From a bacterium (GTDB lineage: Bacteria; UBP7; UBA6624; JBBIMK01): DNA of 32,000 bases. Under the pieces are notes generated by a model that saw nothing but the letters and a program-made list of their open reading frames with translations, was not told where the DNA came from and searched no databases. Location of the stretch: the NCBI GenBank assembly GCA_037444445.1, contig JBBIMK010000013.1:22394-54393 (forward strand). Reading direction: 5' to 3'. The position numbers and the translations under genes are program-made. Below, piece after piece: positions 8,517-16,422 of the stretch (positions within the stretch are counted from its first letter, which is position 1; each line of letters begins with the position of its first letter).

Positions 8517-10961
8517 TCACTGCTTCCAGGGCAAAAGGCGTGCCAGAAGTTGTCGCAATGCATCCGGCGATGTGAAAGCCCCTATCTGGTAGTATCGGAC
8601 ATAGCCATTGCGGTCAACAAAGTAACTCCACGGAGCGCTTATGCCTTGCTCGTTAGAAAAAGTGTCCCGATAACGAACGTATGTGTCTGCTCGTCTGCTA
8701 TCGCTCTCTGGTGTATCATGAGCCCATTTAAAGGTATATTGTTTGCCACCATTAGGTGGGTCTGAGCCTGGGTCGGGGTCCCTGTTGATAAAGTATTCAC
8801 TTTCGGACACTGATTCGTAGAAGGAGATCGCCACAATCTCATAGCCATTGGCATTCTGTTCGTTGTAGACCGTTTGTAAGTGCGGGAATTCCACAAGGCA
8901 CCAGTAGCACCAGTAACCCCAGAAATTGATATGAAGAACGGAACCGCGAAATTCATCTGGCCCGACTCGTCCGCCAGCTGTTGAATTGCGGTTCAATTTT
9001 CCATCAGGGCTTCCATCAGGGCCCCAAGGTGGAGCTGTAGATGGATAACCCAGCACGGGCAGGTCGGTGATGACAACAATGAGGTCCTTCGTGAAAGTGT
9101 TATTCTGGGCGTCGGTAACAGTGAGGCGAACCCGATAGTTTGGCCCTATACCCTGATACGAATGGGAAGTGGTTTGTCCGGTTCCGTTGGGAGTTCCGTC
9201 GCCAAAATTCCAGGTGTATGTCAGATTTCCGGTGGAAGTGGTGACCGTGTAAGGGTCTGAAGGCTGCCCTGCTCCCAATGAATTCCAACCCGTGACCCGG
9301 TAGGTATACTGGTTGGCGGGAGGCAGATTGTTATCCGTAAATTGAGTGGTGTTAGCGGGCAGGTTGGCAATTTCCGTCCACCCTCCAGGAGGAATCTGCC
9401 GTTCCACTTTATATCCGTCTTCATTGGGCGTGTCGTTCCACTGGCAGGTGATACCTCCGCCGGTGGTGGTAGCACTGGCGGAGAAGTTCACAGTGACAGG
9501 GCTGCCAGTGTATTCGGCGCTGGGTGGGTCAGCCGTGGCAGTGACTGTGAGCCCACCACCGCCAGAGCAGGCGAGCCCGGTCACTTTCGGAGGAACAGGA
9601 TTCCCCACATTCACCACAACCGTGTCTCTCCCGTTGATGCCCTCATTATCTGTGGCGGTAATAACAACCGTATAGGATTTTACCTGGGTGAAAATATGGG
9701 AGGTATCGTAGGGAGGAGTGGTGAATACCTGGGGTGGAGAGCCATCTCCAAAATCCCAGGTGGCTTGAACCACCGTCCCATCATCATCCACTGCAGTGGC
9801 AGTGAACCACACCATCTGCCCGATGTCGGCGGTGATGGGTCCATCGGAATAGACCACACGGTCCAGAGAAACCCTCGCATTCACCCTCGGCGGGCTTGCC
9901 AGTCCCACCTGAACCAGCAGGGTAGAAAAAGCGCTGGTAGCACCTTCATCGTCCCTTACCTGAAGAGTGACGATGTAAGTGCCGATATTGTAGGTATGAG
10001 AAGTGTCCGGGTCAGTCTCTGTGGCTATCCCGCTATTATCGCCGAAATCCCACCGGTAAGAATTTATGGAGCCTCCATCCGGGTCGCTTGCCGCTGCACG
10101 GAAGTAGACGGTGAGGGTCGGCGTCCCTTTCCCTGAAATGGGGTTGGGGCTGAAGGGACCATTGGGATTGAGGGAAGCGAGGATAGAAGCCACGGGAGGA
10201 GATTGGGTGTTCACACGGATGGTGATGGGGGGAGAGGGGGTGGAATCCAGCCCCCGACTGTCCCTGACAAAGACGATGGCGGTGTAAGTTCCCTGCACGG
10301 GGTAGGTGAAACTGACTGTGGGTGTAGTGGTCACCGCAGAATTGCCGCCGAACCCGAAGTCCCAGTGATAGGACAGGGTATCCCCATCCTCATCCGACCC
10401 CATTGCCTGAAAGTTCACCAGCAAAGGGGCAACCCCGCCGAAATCCTTTTGATACTGAGCACCTACTCCCGCATTCACAATCACAGGAGGATGATTCACC
10501 TTGCTTCCCGGAGCGGGTGGTGGCAAAACATCCACCGACACCTGACTCTCCTGAGGATTCTGGGGAACTATCCTGCTTCCTCCCACCCCATAAGCCTCTG
10601 CACGAAGAGTCATTTCCTGCGGAGATGGCATATCGCCCGTATTCAGATGGTAGATGTAGAGATGGGAATCTCCATACTGAACCATGTGGCAGAGGCGGGC
10701 TCCTGCGAATAAATCCACCCGTGAAGGTGCATTGCCATAGCCATCGTTGGCTTCCACGATGACCGTAAAATCACCCGATAAGGTGGCACCAGAGCCCGGT
10801 GATAGGATGCGAACCACCGCAGGCATCAGGGGCGGACCTCCAGGCCCGGGTCCCGGAGCCTGTGTGACCCCGCCTCCTCCCGTGCAAGAAAGAACCCACA
10901 GGAGGATCCCCATAGAGATAAAGAAATAAAAGTTCTCCTTTTTCAGGAAAAGCATACCCAT
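8517..10961 (-). CDS. cell-surface lipoprotein: Ig-like + 4-5 PKD domains + Fn3 + C-terminal TlpA/ResA-like thioredoxin-fold domain
   Basis: Lipobox LLWVLSC is followed by a Gly/Pro linker. PKD signatures: HWDFGFGG, RWDFGDNSG, TWDFGDGSP, TWNFGDGTP. Fn3-like: GYKVERQIPPGGWTEIANLPANTTQFTD..YTYRVTGWNSLG. C-terminus: VLHINFWGYWCYWCLVEFPHLQ...APWSYFVDRNGYV. SD AAGGAGGTG upstream. Confidence 0.85.
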   Translation of the reverse strand: MGMLFLKKENFYFFISMGILLWVLSCTGGGGVTQAPGPGPGGPPLMPAVVRILSPGSGATLSGDFTVIVEANDGYGNAPSRVDLFAGARLCHMVQYGDSHLYIYHLNTGDMPSPQEMTLRAEAYGVGGSRIVPQNPQESQVSVDVLPPPAPGSKVNHPPVIVNAGVGAQYQKDFGGVAPLLVNFQAMGSDEDGDTLSYHWDFGFGGNSAVTTTPTVSFTYPVQGTYTAIVFVRDSRGLDSTPSPPITIRVNTQSPPVASILASLNPNGPFSPNPISGKGTPTLTVYFRAAASDPDGGSINSYRWDFGDNSGIATETDPDTSHTYNIGTYIVTLQVRDDEGATSAFSTLLVQVGLASPPRVNARVSLDRVVYSDGPITADIGQMVWFTATAVDDDGTVVQATWDFGDGSPPQVFTTPPYDTSHIFTQVKSYTVVITATDNEGINGRDTVVVNVGNPVPPKVTGLACSGGGGLTVTATADPPSAEYTGSPVTVNFSASATTTGGGITCQWNDTPNEDGYKVERQIPPGGWTEIANLPANTTQFTDNNLPPANQYTYRVTGWNSLGAGQPSDPYTVTTSTGNLTYTWNFGDGTPNGTGQTTSHSYQGIGPNYRVRLTVTDAQNNTFTKDLIVVITDLPVLGYPSTAPPWGPDGSPDGKLNRNSTAGGRVGPDEFRGSVLHINFWGYWCYWCLVEFPHLQTVYNEQNANGYEIVAISFYESVSESEYFINRDPDPGSDPPNGGKQYTFKWAHDTPESDSRRADTYVRYRDTFSNEQGISAPWSYFVDRNGYVRYYQIGAFTSPDALRQLLARLLPWKQ

Positions 10962-10992
10962 CTACACCTCCTTTTCATTCCTTTCGGAGAAA

Positions 10993-11020
10993 ATAATAAC
11001 ACATTTTTTCAAAATTACAA
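10993..11020 (-). promoter_or_regulatory. candidate sigma70-type promoter for the PKD lipoprotein gene
   Basis: The minus strand reads TTGTAA (11015-11020), a 16-nt spacer, then TGtTATTAT (-10 hexamer 10993-10998). It lies about 32 nt upstream of the ATG at 10961. Confidence 0.4.
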
Positions 11021-11130
11021 GTGGGAAGGTCAAGTATAGAGGAAAAAGCCAGCCCATTCGAAGATTTCGCAGGCGAAAAATGCACCATCCTTTACACTCC
11101 AAGCGCCCGTAAGGGTCTCACTTCAGGGTA

Positions 11131-11976
11131 TCAGAATTCCGGGGGGAGTTTCCGAAGTTCTGCCATATTGAAGACAGGACCGGTGAGGCAGAGGTACCGG
11201 TCACCGATTTTACACCCCCCGCAGATGCCGAACCCACAGTTGAGTTTCCGATTCAGCAGAAGCAGGATCTGGGCATCCCGAAAATCCCTGTCAATCAGAT
11301 GGGAAACCACATCCCGCATAAAGGGCACAGGACCGGAGACAACCGCATAGGAATTGGAGGGCGCAGGCTCCACCGCATCAAACAACTCGCCTATACCCCC
11401 CGGCCGGATTCCCTCCCGCGGGGAAAGGATATGCTCACAGAAAACCCTCACATCAAAGATAGAGTGACCGGGCCAGACGCCCAGAAGTTCACTGAGGAAT
11501 ATCAATTGCGTATCTTCCTCAAACGACCCCATCACCACAATCCGCTCAAACTCTGTGGGGTTATCCACTGCGTAGTTAGCCAGGGAGCGGAGAGGAATTA
11601 AGCCGGAATCGTGTCCGATGAGATAGATACGCTTCCGCCTCATCTCTTCCAGAGGCAAGCCGTTTCCAATGGGTGCTCGCAGGCCCACCATATTCCCCTT
11701 TTCCAGCATTGTCAGGGCGGTGGAAACACCCCGACTAACGGGAAGGGTGACCTCCACTTTCCCCCGACTGGAGGGCGAGGAGGAAAAGAAGCAGGAATCC
11801 TCCCCATACCCGAAGACAGAAATCATTGCGCCCTGGGCAGGTAAAAACTCAAAACTCCTGGCAAGCAGTGGGTCAAGAAAACGCAACGCATACGTCCGCG
11901 TATACGGATTTTCCACCCGAATATCCTCCACCACGGCCAGGTCAGGAATATATACATTGGCTTTCTGAGTCCCCAT
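11131..11976 (-). CDS. PyrK/HydG/AsrB/FlxA-like flavoprotein subunit with C-terminal [2Fe-2S] motif
   Basis: C-terminal LNCGFGICGGCKIGDRYLCLTGPVF matches the DHOD-B electron-transfer subunit type cluster motif. GLRAPIGNG and LIGHDSGLIPL sit at the expected NAD-domain positions, but the latter is degenerate. It is the last gene of the operon. Confidence 0.75.
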   Translation of the reverse strand: MGTQKANVYIPDLAVVEDIRVENPYTRTYALRFLDPLLARSFEFLPAQGAMISVFGYGEDSCFFSSSPSSRGKVEVTLPVSRGVSTALTMLEKGNMVGLRAPIGNGLPLEEMRRKRIYLIGHDSGLIPLRSLANYAVDNPTEFERIVVMGSFEEDTQLIFLSELLGVWPGHSIFDVRVFCEHILSPREGIRPGGIGELFDAVEPAPSNSYAVVSGPVPFMRDVVSHLIDRDFRDAQILLLLNRKLNCGFGICGGCKIGDRYLCLTGPVFNMAELRKLPPEF

Positions 11977-11987
11977 CTTTCCTCACC

Positions 11988-13010
11988 TCACTCAAACCGA
12001 ACATTGCCGACCACTTTCCGGAAATCTATCTTCACCGGGCAGACCTCAATGCATCGTCCACATCCCGTGCAGTTGATGTCCTTATGCTCCAGAGGGAAGA
12101 AGAGGAACTTTTCCAGCACCCAGTCCCGGAAGCGTTCCTTCAGGGTTAGACGGGGGTTATAACCCGCCGAGGTTTCAGCGAAACGCTCAAAGGTAGGGGC
12201 ATCCCACACCCGGTAGCGTTCCCCTTCCGAGCCGGTTTCCACATCCACGATACGGAAATTGCTGGATGTGGGGCAGGCGAAGGTGCATGCCCCGCATTCT
12301 ATGCAGGTCAGGTACACCTCGCTCCAGTAGGGGAGGTTGAAAATTTCCAGTGGTGAATACTTCTGCCAGCGCTCCAGGTTCAGAGAGTAACTCGCCTTCG
12401 CCTCGGCGCGGGCTTTGATCTCCTCCGCTGTCTTCCGATGAAATTCCTCCGCAGGTGTGAAGTTGTCATCCAGTAGGCGCTTCCCTTTATCGGTTAGCAC
12501 TTTCACATAGAATTCCTTCCCCAGGTCGTAAAACAGCATATCCAGGCCTTCTTCGCCGAAGGGGCTGGAGCCCACACTGGTGGAAAATTCCGTCTCAAAC
12601 GGCTGTGAGGTTCCCAGGCCTACTAAGGTGGTTCGGCTCCGATGGGCCTGGTAGTAAGGGTCCGGCGCCCCGACCCGGAGCAGTTGCTTGTCCAGAAGCA
12701 GGAGGGCTTTCGCATCGCAGGGCTTCACCCCAAAAATCACCCGTCCACGGGTCTCTACAGGTGCCGGTATTACATTCACCGCTGATTTCCTCTTCTGATA
12801 TTTCAGAATTCTTTCTGACTTTGGAAAGAAGAAAATTTTCGGGGATAGGACAGGAGTCTTGAACTCCAGCATCACCTCTTCCCCACGCCGAAAAGGTGCA
12901 TACTCTATGAGGGTGCCTGTGAACTTCGGAACAATCACTTCCACCTTATCCAGAAGGGCTTCTAACCAGTATTTCACCTTCGCTTTGACGATCAGGACAT
13001 CCGCGAGCAT
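11988..13010 (-). CDS. HydB/AsrA/FlxB-like iron-sulfur subunit (2x[4Fe-4S])
   Basis: SPKIFFFPKSE and RVIFGVKPCDAKALLLLD N-terminal motifs as in sulfhydrogenase beta / AsrA. CIECGACTFACP and CTGCGRCIEVCP cluster motifs. Confidence 0.75.
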   Translation of the reverse strand: MLADVLIVKAKVKYWLEALLDKVEVIVPKFTGTLIEYAPFRRGEEVMLEFKTPVLSPKIFFFPKSERILKYQKRKSAVNVIPAPVETRGRVIFGVKPCDAKALLLLDKQLLRVGAPDPYYQAHRSRTTLVGLGTSQPFETEFSTSVGSSPFGEEGLDMLFYDLGKEFYVKVLTDKGKRLLDDNFTPAEEFHRKTAEEIKARAEAKASYSLNLERWQKYSPLEIFNLPYWSEVYLTCIECGACTFACPTSSNFRIVDVETGSEGERYRVWDAPTFERFAETSAGYNPRLTLKERFRDWVLEKFLFFPLEHKDINCTGCGRCIEVCPVKIDFRKVVGNVRFE

Positions 13011-13014
13011 GATT

Positions 13015-13935
13015 TTAACCCCCCTCCACGATTTGCGGCATTGGCTCCGCTTTCAGTAAGGGCGATACTTCATCATACGACAGCCCGGGCTCATAGCCTC
13101 CGTACCGCTGTTGCATTTTTCTATACATGGGGATATGAAGAGCCAGCAGAGGAATCCTCACCGGGCAGGCTGATTCGCAGGCTCCGCATTCGGTGCACTT
13201 CCCCGCCAGAGAGTGGACGAAGGAGAGAACGATTTTGAAGTTCTCCGCAGGCTGGTTTTCTCCGGTGGCACCTTCAATGGAATCAAACTGGTCCCCTCCG
13301 CCGTAGTACACGGGGCAGGAATGCATGCAGGCTTTACAGCGGATGCACCGGGCGAACTCACCCATCCAGAAATTCAGGCGTTCTGCAGGGGTTTTCTTCT
13401 CCAGGCGGTCAGCAAGGGTTGTGGGGTCAGCGGGCATAGGATAGTCGGTCTTTTCAAACAGGAACCGGGGCTCACCCTTCAGGTCCGCATCCGGCGGCTC
13501 CCGATGGATGCACACCCGACACCAGTCATACAGGGCTTCTGGATAATCTTTTGAGCTGACTGTTCCCGCCTGGTCCGGACTTACTCCCTTCTCCTCCAGC
13601 ACCTTCGGGTTGAGCATGCCGGGGCATCGGAAGGAAAGGATTTTCACATTCTCACGCCGCACCTGATTATCCTGAATCAATTCTATGATGGTTCGCACAT
13701 CGCAGGGCTTGGCAATGATTGCCACCCGCCCTTCCACTTTCGGCAGGTAGACGGATAGGTTCTGGGTGCAGAAGGAAGAAACCGTCAGGTGAATGCAATC
13801 GTTTTTATTGAAGGCGAAAAAGGGCGCCGTCGTCCAGGCGTAAGGTCCCCGGGCATAGCCGATGACCACATCCACCTGACCCGCTTCCATCAGGCGTCGC
13901 GCCTCCCGCTGTAAAATCATCCGCAGTTCATTCAT
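13015..13935 (-). CDS. iron-sulfur protein, 2x[4Fe-4S], FrhB/HydB-related N-terminal region (FlxC-like?)
   Basis: RVAIIAKPCDVRTIIELI motif, then CIRCKACMHSCP and CTECGACESACP. It lies 4 nt from the next gene. Confidence 0.65.
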   Translation of the reverse strand: MNELRMILQREARRLMEAGQVDVVIGYARGPYAWTTAPFFAFNKNDCIHLTVSSFCTQNLSVYLPKVEGRVAIIAKPCDVRTIIELIQDNQVRRENVKILSFRCPGMLNPKVLEEKGVSPDQAGTVSSKDYPEALYDWCRVCIHREPPDADLKGEPRFLFEKTDYPMPADPTTLADRLEKKTPAERLNFWMGEFARCIRCKACMHSCPVYYGGGDQFDSIEGATGENQPAENFKIVLSFVHSLAGKCTECGACESACPVRIPLLALHIPMYRKMQQRYGGYEPGLSYDEVSPLLKAEPMPQIVEGG

Positions 13936-13941
13936 CTATGT

Positions 13942-14370
13942 TCACTCTCCCTTGCCCCGGAATCCATTCCAGGGTCCCAGGCGTTTGATGTCCTCGTAAA
14001 AGGAATTGACGAAACTCACAAAGCCCTTTCCGTCGCTGGCTTCTATCCACAGGGTCCGAAAGCGCTCCGCGGGCAATCCAGCCACCTCCAGTACATCCTT
14101 CATCGCTTGCAGACGGCGTTGAGCCAGTTCACTGCATCCGCGAAAATACCCGCGTTCAGTGGGGCAACCCACCACAAAGATGCCGTCCACACCTTCCCAG
14201 AGTGCATTGAGGATTAACAGGTGGTCAATGTCAGCGGCGCATAGCAATCGCATCAGGCGAACATCGGGAGAATAAATCAGCCCTTCCATGCCCGCCGTTT
14301 CTGCCGCCTGTGCCCCCGCATGCTCGCAAAGAATCCCCAGAATGGTCAATCGCCGTTCACTTACGCCCAT
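13942..14370 (-). CDS. mvhD: MvhD/FlpD/FlxD-like subunit
   Basis: ILCEHAGAQAAETAG...VRLMRLLCAADID...GVDGIFVVGCP...RFRTLWIEASDGKGF follows the MvhD pattern. I chose the start at ATG 14370 (Met60 of the tracked ORF). It overlaps the hdrA stop (ATGGGCGTAA) and gives the usual length of about 142 aa. Confidence 0.8.
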   Translation of the reverse strand: MGVSERRLTILGILCEHAGAQAAETAGMEGLIYSPDVRLMRLLCAADIDHLLILNALWEGVDGIFVVGCPTERGYFRGCSELAQRRLQAMKDVLEVAGLPAERFRTLWIEASDGKGFVSFVNSFYEDIKRLGPWNGFRGKGE

Positions 14371-16334
14371 GTGACTTCCGCCTCCGCATAGACTTGCTTC
14401 AGATTTTGACCTTTCAAATCCAGAACCTTCGGCGTGCACACCGGGATGCACAGCCCGCATCCGGTGCAGAAATTCTCTATGATGTGGGCGATTTTCCGAC
14501 GGGCTGACCCCGGCTTCATCACCAGTTCTATGGCGTGATACGGACAAACCCTACCGCAATCAAAACATCCGGTGCAGTGCTCCACATCCGTCAGAACAGC
14601 GAGGTAAGGCTCCGCCACTCGCCCCTCCTCCGGCAGGTCGGCCAGAAAGGCTCCCACAACCCCCTCCGCCTGTGTATGAACCTCCCGAAGGTCGGCAGGC
14701 CCCAGAGCCGCTCCCACAAAATAGATTCCCTCCTGTGGAGATTGAATCGGCCGAAAAGCGGGATGAGCCTCCTCAAAAAATCCCCTCTCGTCCCTCCTCA
14801 CGCCTAAGATGCGCGCAATTTCCTCCGCACCTTCCGACGGAACCATATCCGTGCTCAGAACCACCAGGTCCGCCACTACCTCCACCGGCTCCCCCAAAAT
14901 CGTATCCTGAGCGCTCACCCGCAAGCGCCCATCTTCCTGCCTCACCTCCGAGGCTTTCCCCCGGATATATTTGACTCCATATTTTAACTCCGCTGACCGC
15001 ACGAACTCTACATATCCTTTCGTATGCGAACGGCGCTCCGGGTAAAAAACATACACCTCTATGGAAGGGTCAATCTCCTTCACCAGAATCGCTTGCTTGG
15101 CTGTAATCATCTCCGGCAGTTCGGTAGCATAAGGGATGCCCCGCTGGGTGTCCTCTCCGCCCACATCCTGCAAAAAAACCACCGATTTCACCGGTTGATT
15201 ATCCGATACCCGACGCAACGGCTCTTTCACCAGCCCCTTCCGCTTCACCAACCGCTCCATCTGAAACGAACTCAGCACATCGGGATAATCCCCATAATGG
15301 TAATGCGAGTAGGTGGAAGGTTCAAAATACCCGGCTCCGGTTGCCACCACCACAGCCCCCACCCGCTCGTGAACCACCATATCTTTCTGCTCATAATCCA
15401 CCGCTCCCTCAGGCATAGCCTGCTGGCACAGCCGGCAGTTCTCTCCCTTATACCGAAGGCAGTTCTTTCGGTCAATCACGGGAAGACGAGGCACCGCCTG
15501 TGGATGAGGAATGAACAGGGCTTTCCGCCGGCTGAGCCCCGCATTATATTCATCCGGCACTTCCACCGGGCAAGCGTCCATACCCCTGGTGAAATCTGGC
15601 GTTACCTCTGCATTCACTAAGCGGGCTTTCTTCCGTATCGTCACATCAAACGAGCCCAGAAAGCCAGTAACTTTCTCCACTTCGCTGTAGTCATATACTT
15701 TGATATCCGAACGCTGGGAAACTTCCATCATCAGGGGAACCAGTTCATCCTCCGCATCTTCCATATGGGGATACAGGCGAGCCAGGAGTGGAGACATCCC
15801 TCCGATGGTCGGCTCCTTTTCCACGAGGACAACATCCACTCCTGCATTCGCAGCAAGGAGAGATAAATGGATCCCTGCAGCCCCTCCACCTATCACCAGT
15901 ATCCGCTTCTCTCCGCGGATTCGCCGAACCTTCAGTGGCTCCGCAAACAGCATACGCTGAATCGCCCTCGTGAGCACCTCAATGGCTTTTAACATGGCTC
16001 CCTCGGGATTGTGTGTGTGAACCCAGGATAACTCCTCACGCAGGTTCACCATGGATAACAGGTAGGGGTTTAATCCCGCCTCTTCCGCCGCCTTTCGGAA
16101 GGCTTTGATGTATCTCCGGGGTGAGGTGGCCCCTACCACCACCCGGTCTAATCTTTCCGTCCGCACCTTCTCCCGAACCATCCTCAGCCCTTCCTCAGAA
16201 AGAAGACGAGGATGCACACCCGCATACACTACCTCTGCCACTTCCTTCTTCAGCACCTCGGCAATCTGCTCCGCCTGAAATACCTCCCCCATCTCTTCGG
16301 GCGAACTATACAGAAAAACCCCAACTCGGCTCAT
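14361..16334 (-). CDS. hdrA: HdrA-like FAD oxidoreductase with C-terminal 2x[4Fe-4S] ferredoxin domain
   Basis: ILVIGGGAAGIHLSLLAANAGVDVVLVEKEPTIGG dinucleotide fold. HdrA-type N-terminal domain (VVGATSPRRY...GLNPYLLSMVNLREELSWVH). C-terminal CTGCFDCGRVCP and CTGCGLCIPVC. SD AGGAGGAG upstream. Confidence 0.85.
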   Translation of the reverse strand: MSRVGVFLYSSPEEMGEVFQAEQIAEVLKKEVAEVVYAGVHPRLLSEEGLRMVREKVRTERLDRVVVGATSPRRYIKAFRKAAEEAGLNPYLLSMVNLREELSWVHTHNPEGAMLKAIEVLTRAIQRMLFAEPLKVRRIRGEKRILVIGGGAAGIHLSLLAANAGVDVVLVEKEPTIGGMSPLLARLYPHMEDAEDELVPLMMEVSQRSDIKVYDYSEVEKVTGFLGSFDVTIRKKARLVNAEVTPDFTRGMDACPVEVPDEYNAGLSRRKALFIPHPQAVPRLPVIDRKNCLRYKGENCRLCQQAMPEGAVDYEQKDMVVHERVGAVVVATGAGYFEPSTYSHYHYGDYPDVLSSFQMERLVKRKGLVKEPLRRVSDNQPVKSVVFLQDVGGEDTQRGIPYATELPEMITAKQAILVKEIDPSIEVYVFYPERRSHTKGYVEFVRSAELKYGVKYIRGKASEVRQEDGRLRVSAQDTILGEPVEVVADLVVLSTDMVPSEGAEEIARILGVRRDERGFFEEAHPAFRPIQSPQEGIYFVGAALGPADLREVHTQAEGVVGAFLADLPEEGRVAEPYLAVLTDVEHCTGCFDCGRVCPYHAIELVMKPGSARRKIAHIIENFCTGCGLCIPVCTPKVLDLKGQNLKQVYAEAEVTWA

Positions 16335-16406
16335 AAATTTCTCCTCCTGCCCGCGCCAGGCAAGGCGGGGAAATCTTCTCCTCTGCCTTCCCCTGCGTCT
16401 GGTGTT

Positions 16407-16415
16407 ATTGTATCA
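16407..16415 (-). promoter_or_regulatory. candidate extended -10 element TGATACAAT for the hdrA operon
   Basis: The minus strand reads TGaTACAAT, 8 nt after the tatC stop and about 73 nt upstream of the hdrA ATG. Confidence 0.4.
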
Positions 16416-16422
16416 TATATTT

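Noticed and set aside
9342-10136. Long antisense or overlapping ORFs in the track (for example 12..503-, 2786..3547-, 9342..10136+, 10203..10712+, 15024..15620+, 18324..18950-, 20466..21125-)
   Set aside because: Each lies opposite or out of frame within a confidently identified gene. They have Arg/Gly/Pro/Ser/His-rich shadow-ORF composition, no SD, and no recognisable motifs.
13942-14547. Tracked 201-aa form of the MvhD-like ORF
   Set aside because: The first 59 codons overlap the 3' end of hdrA in another frame and read as low-complexity Arg/His/Gly text. Met60 (ATG 14370) gives the normal MvhD size and a typical stop/start overlap.
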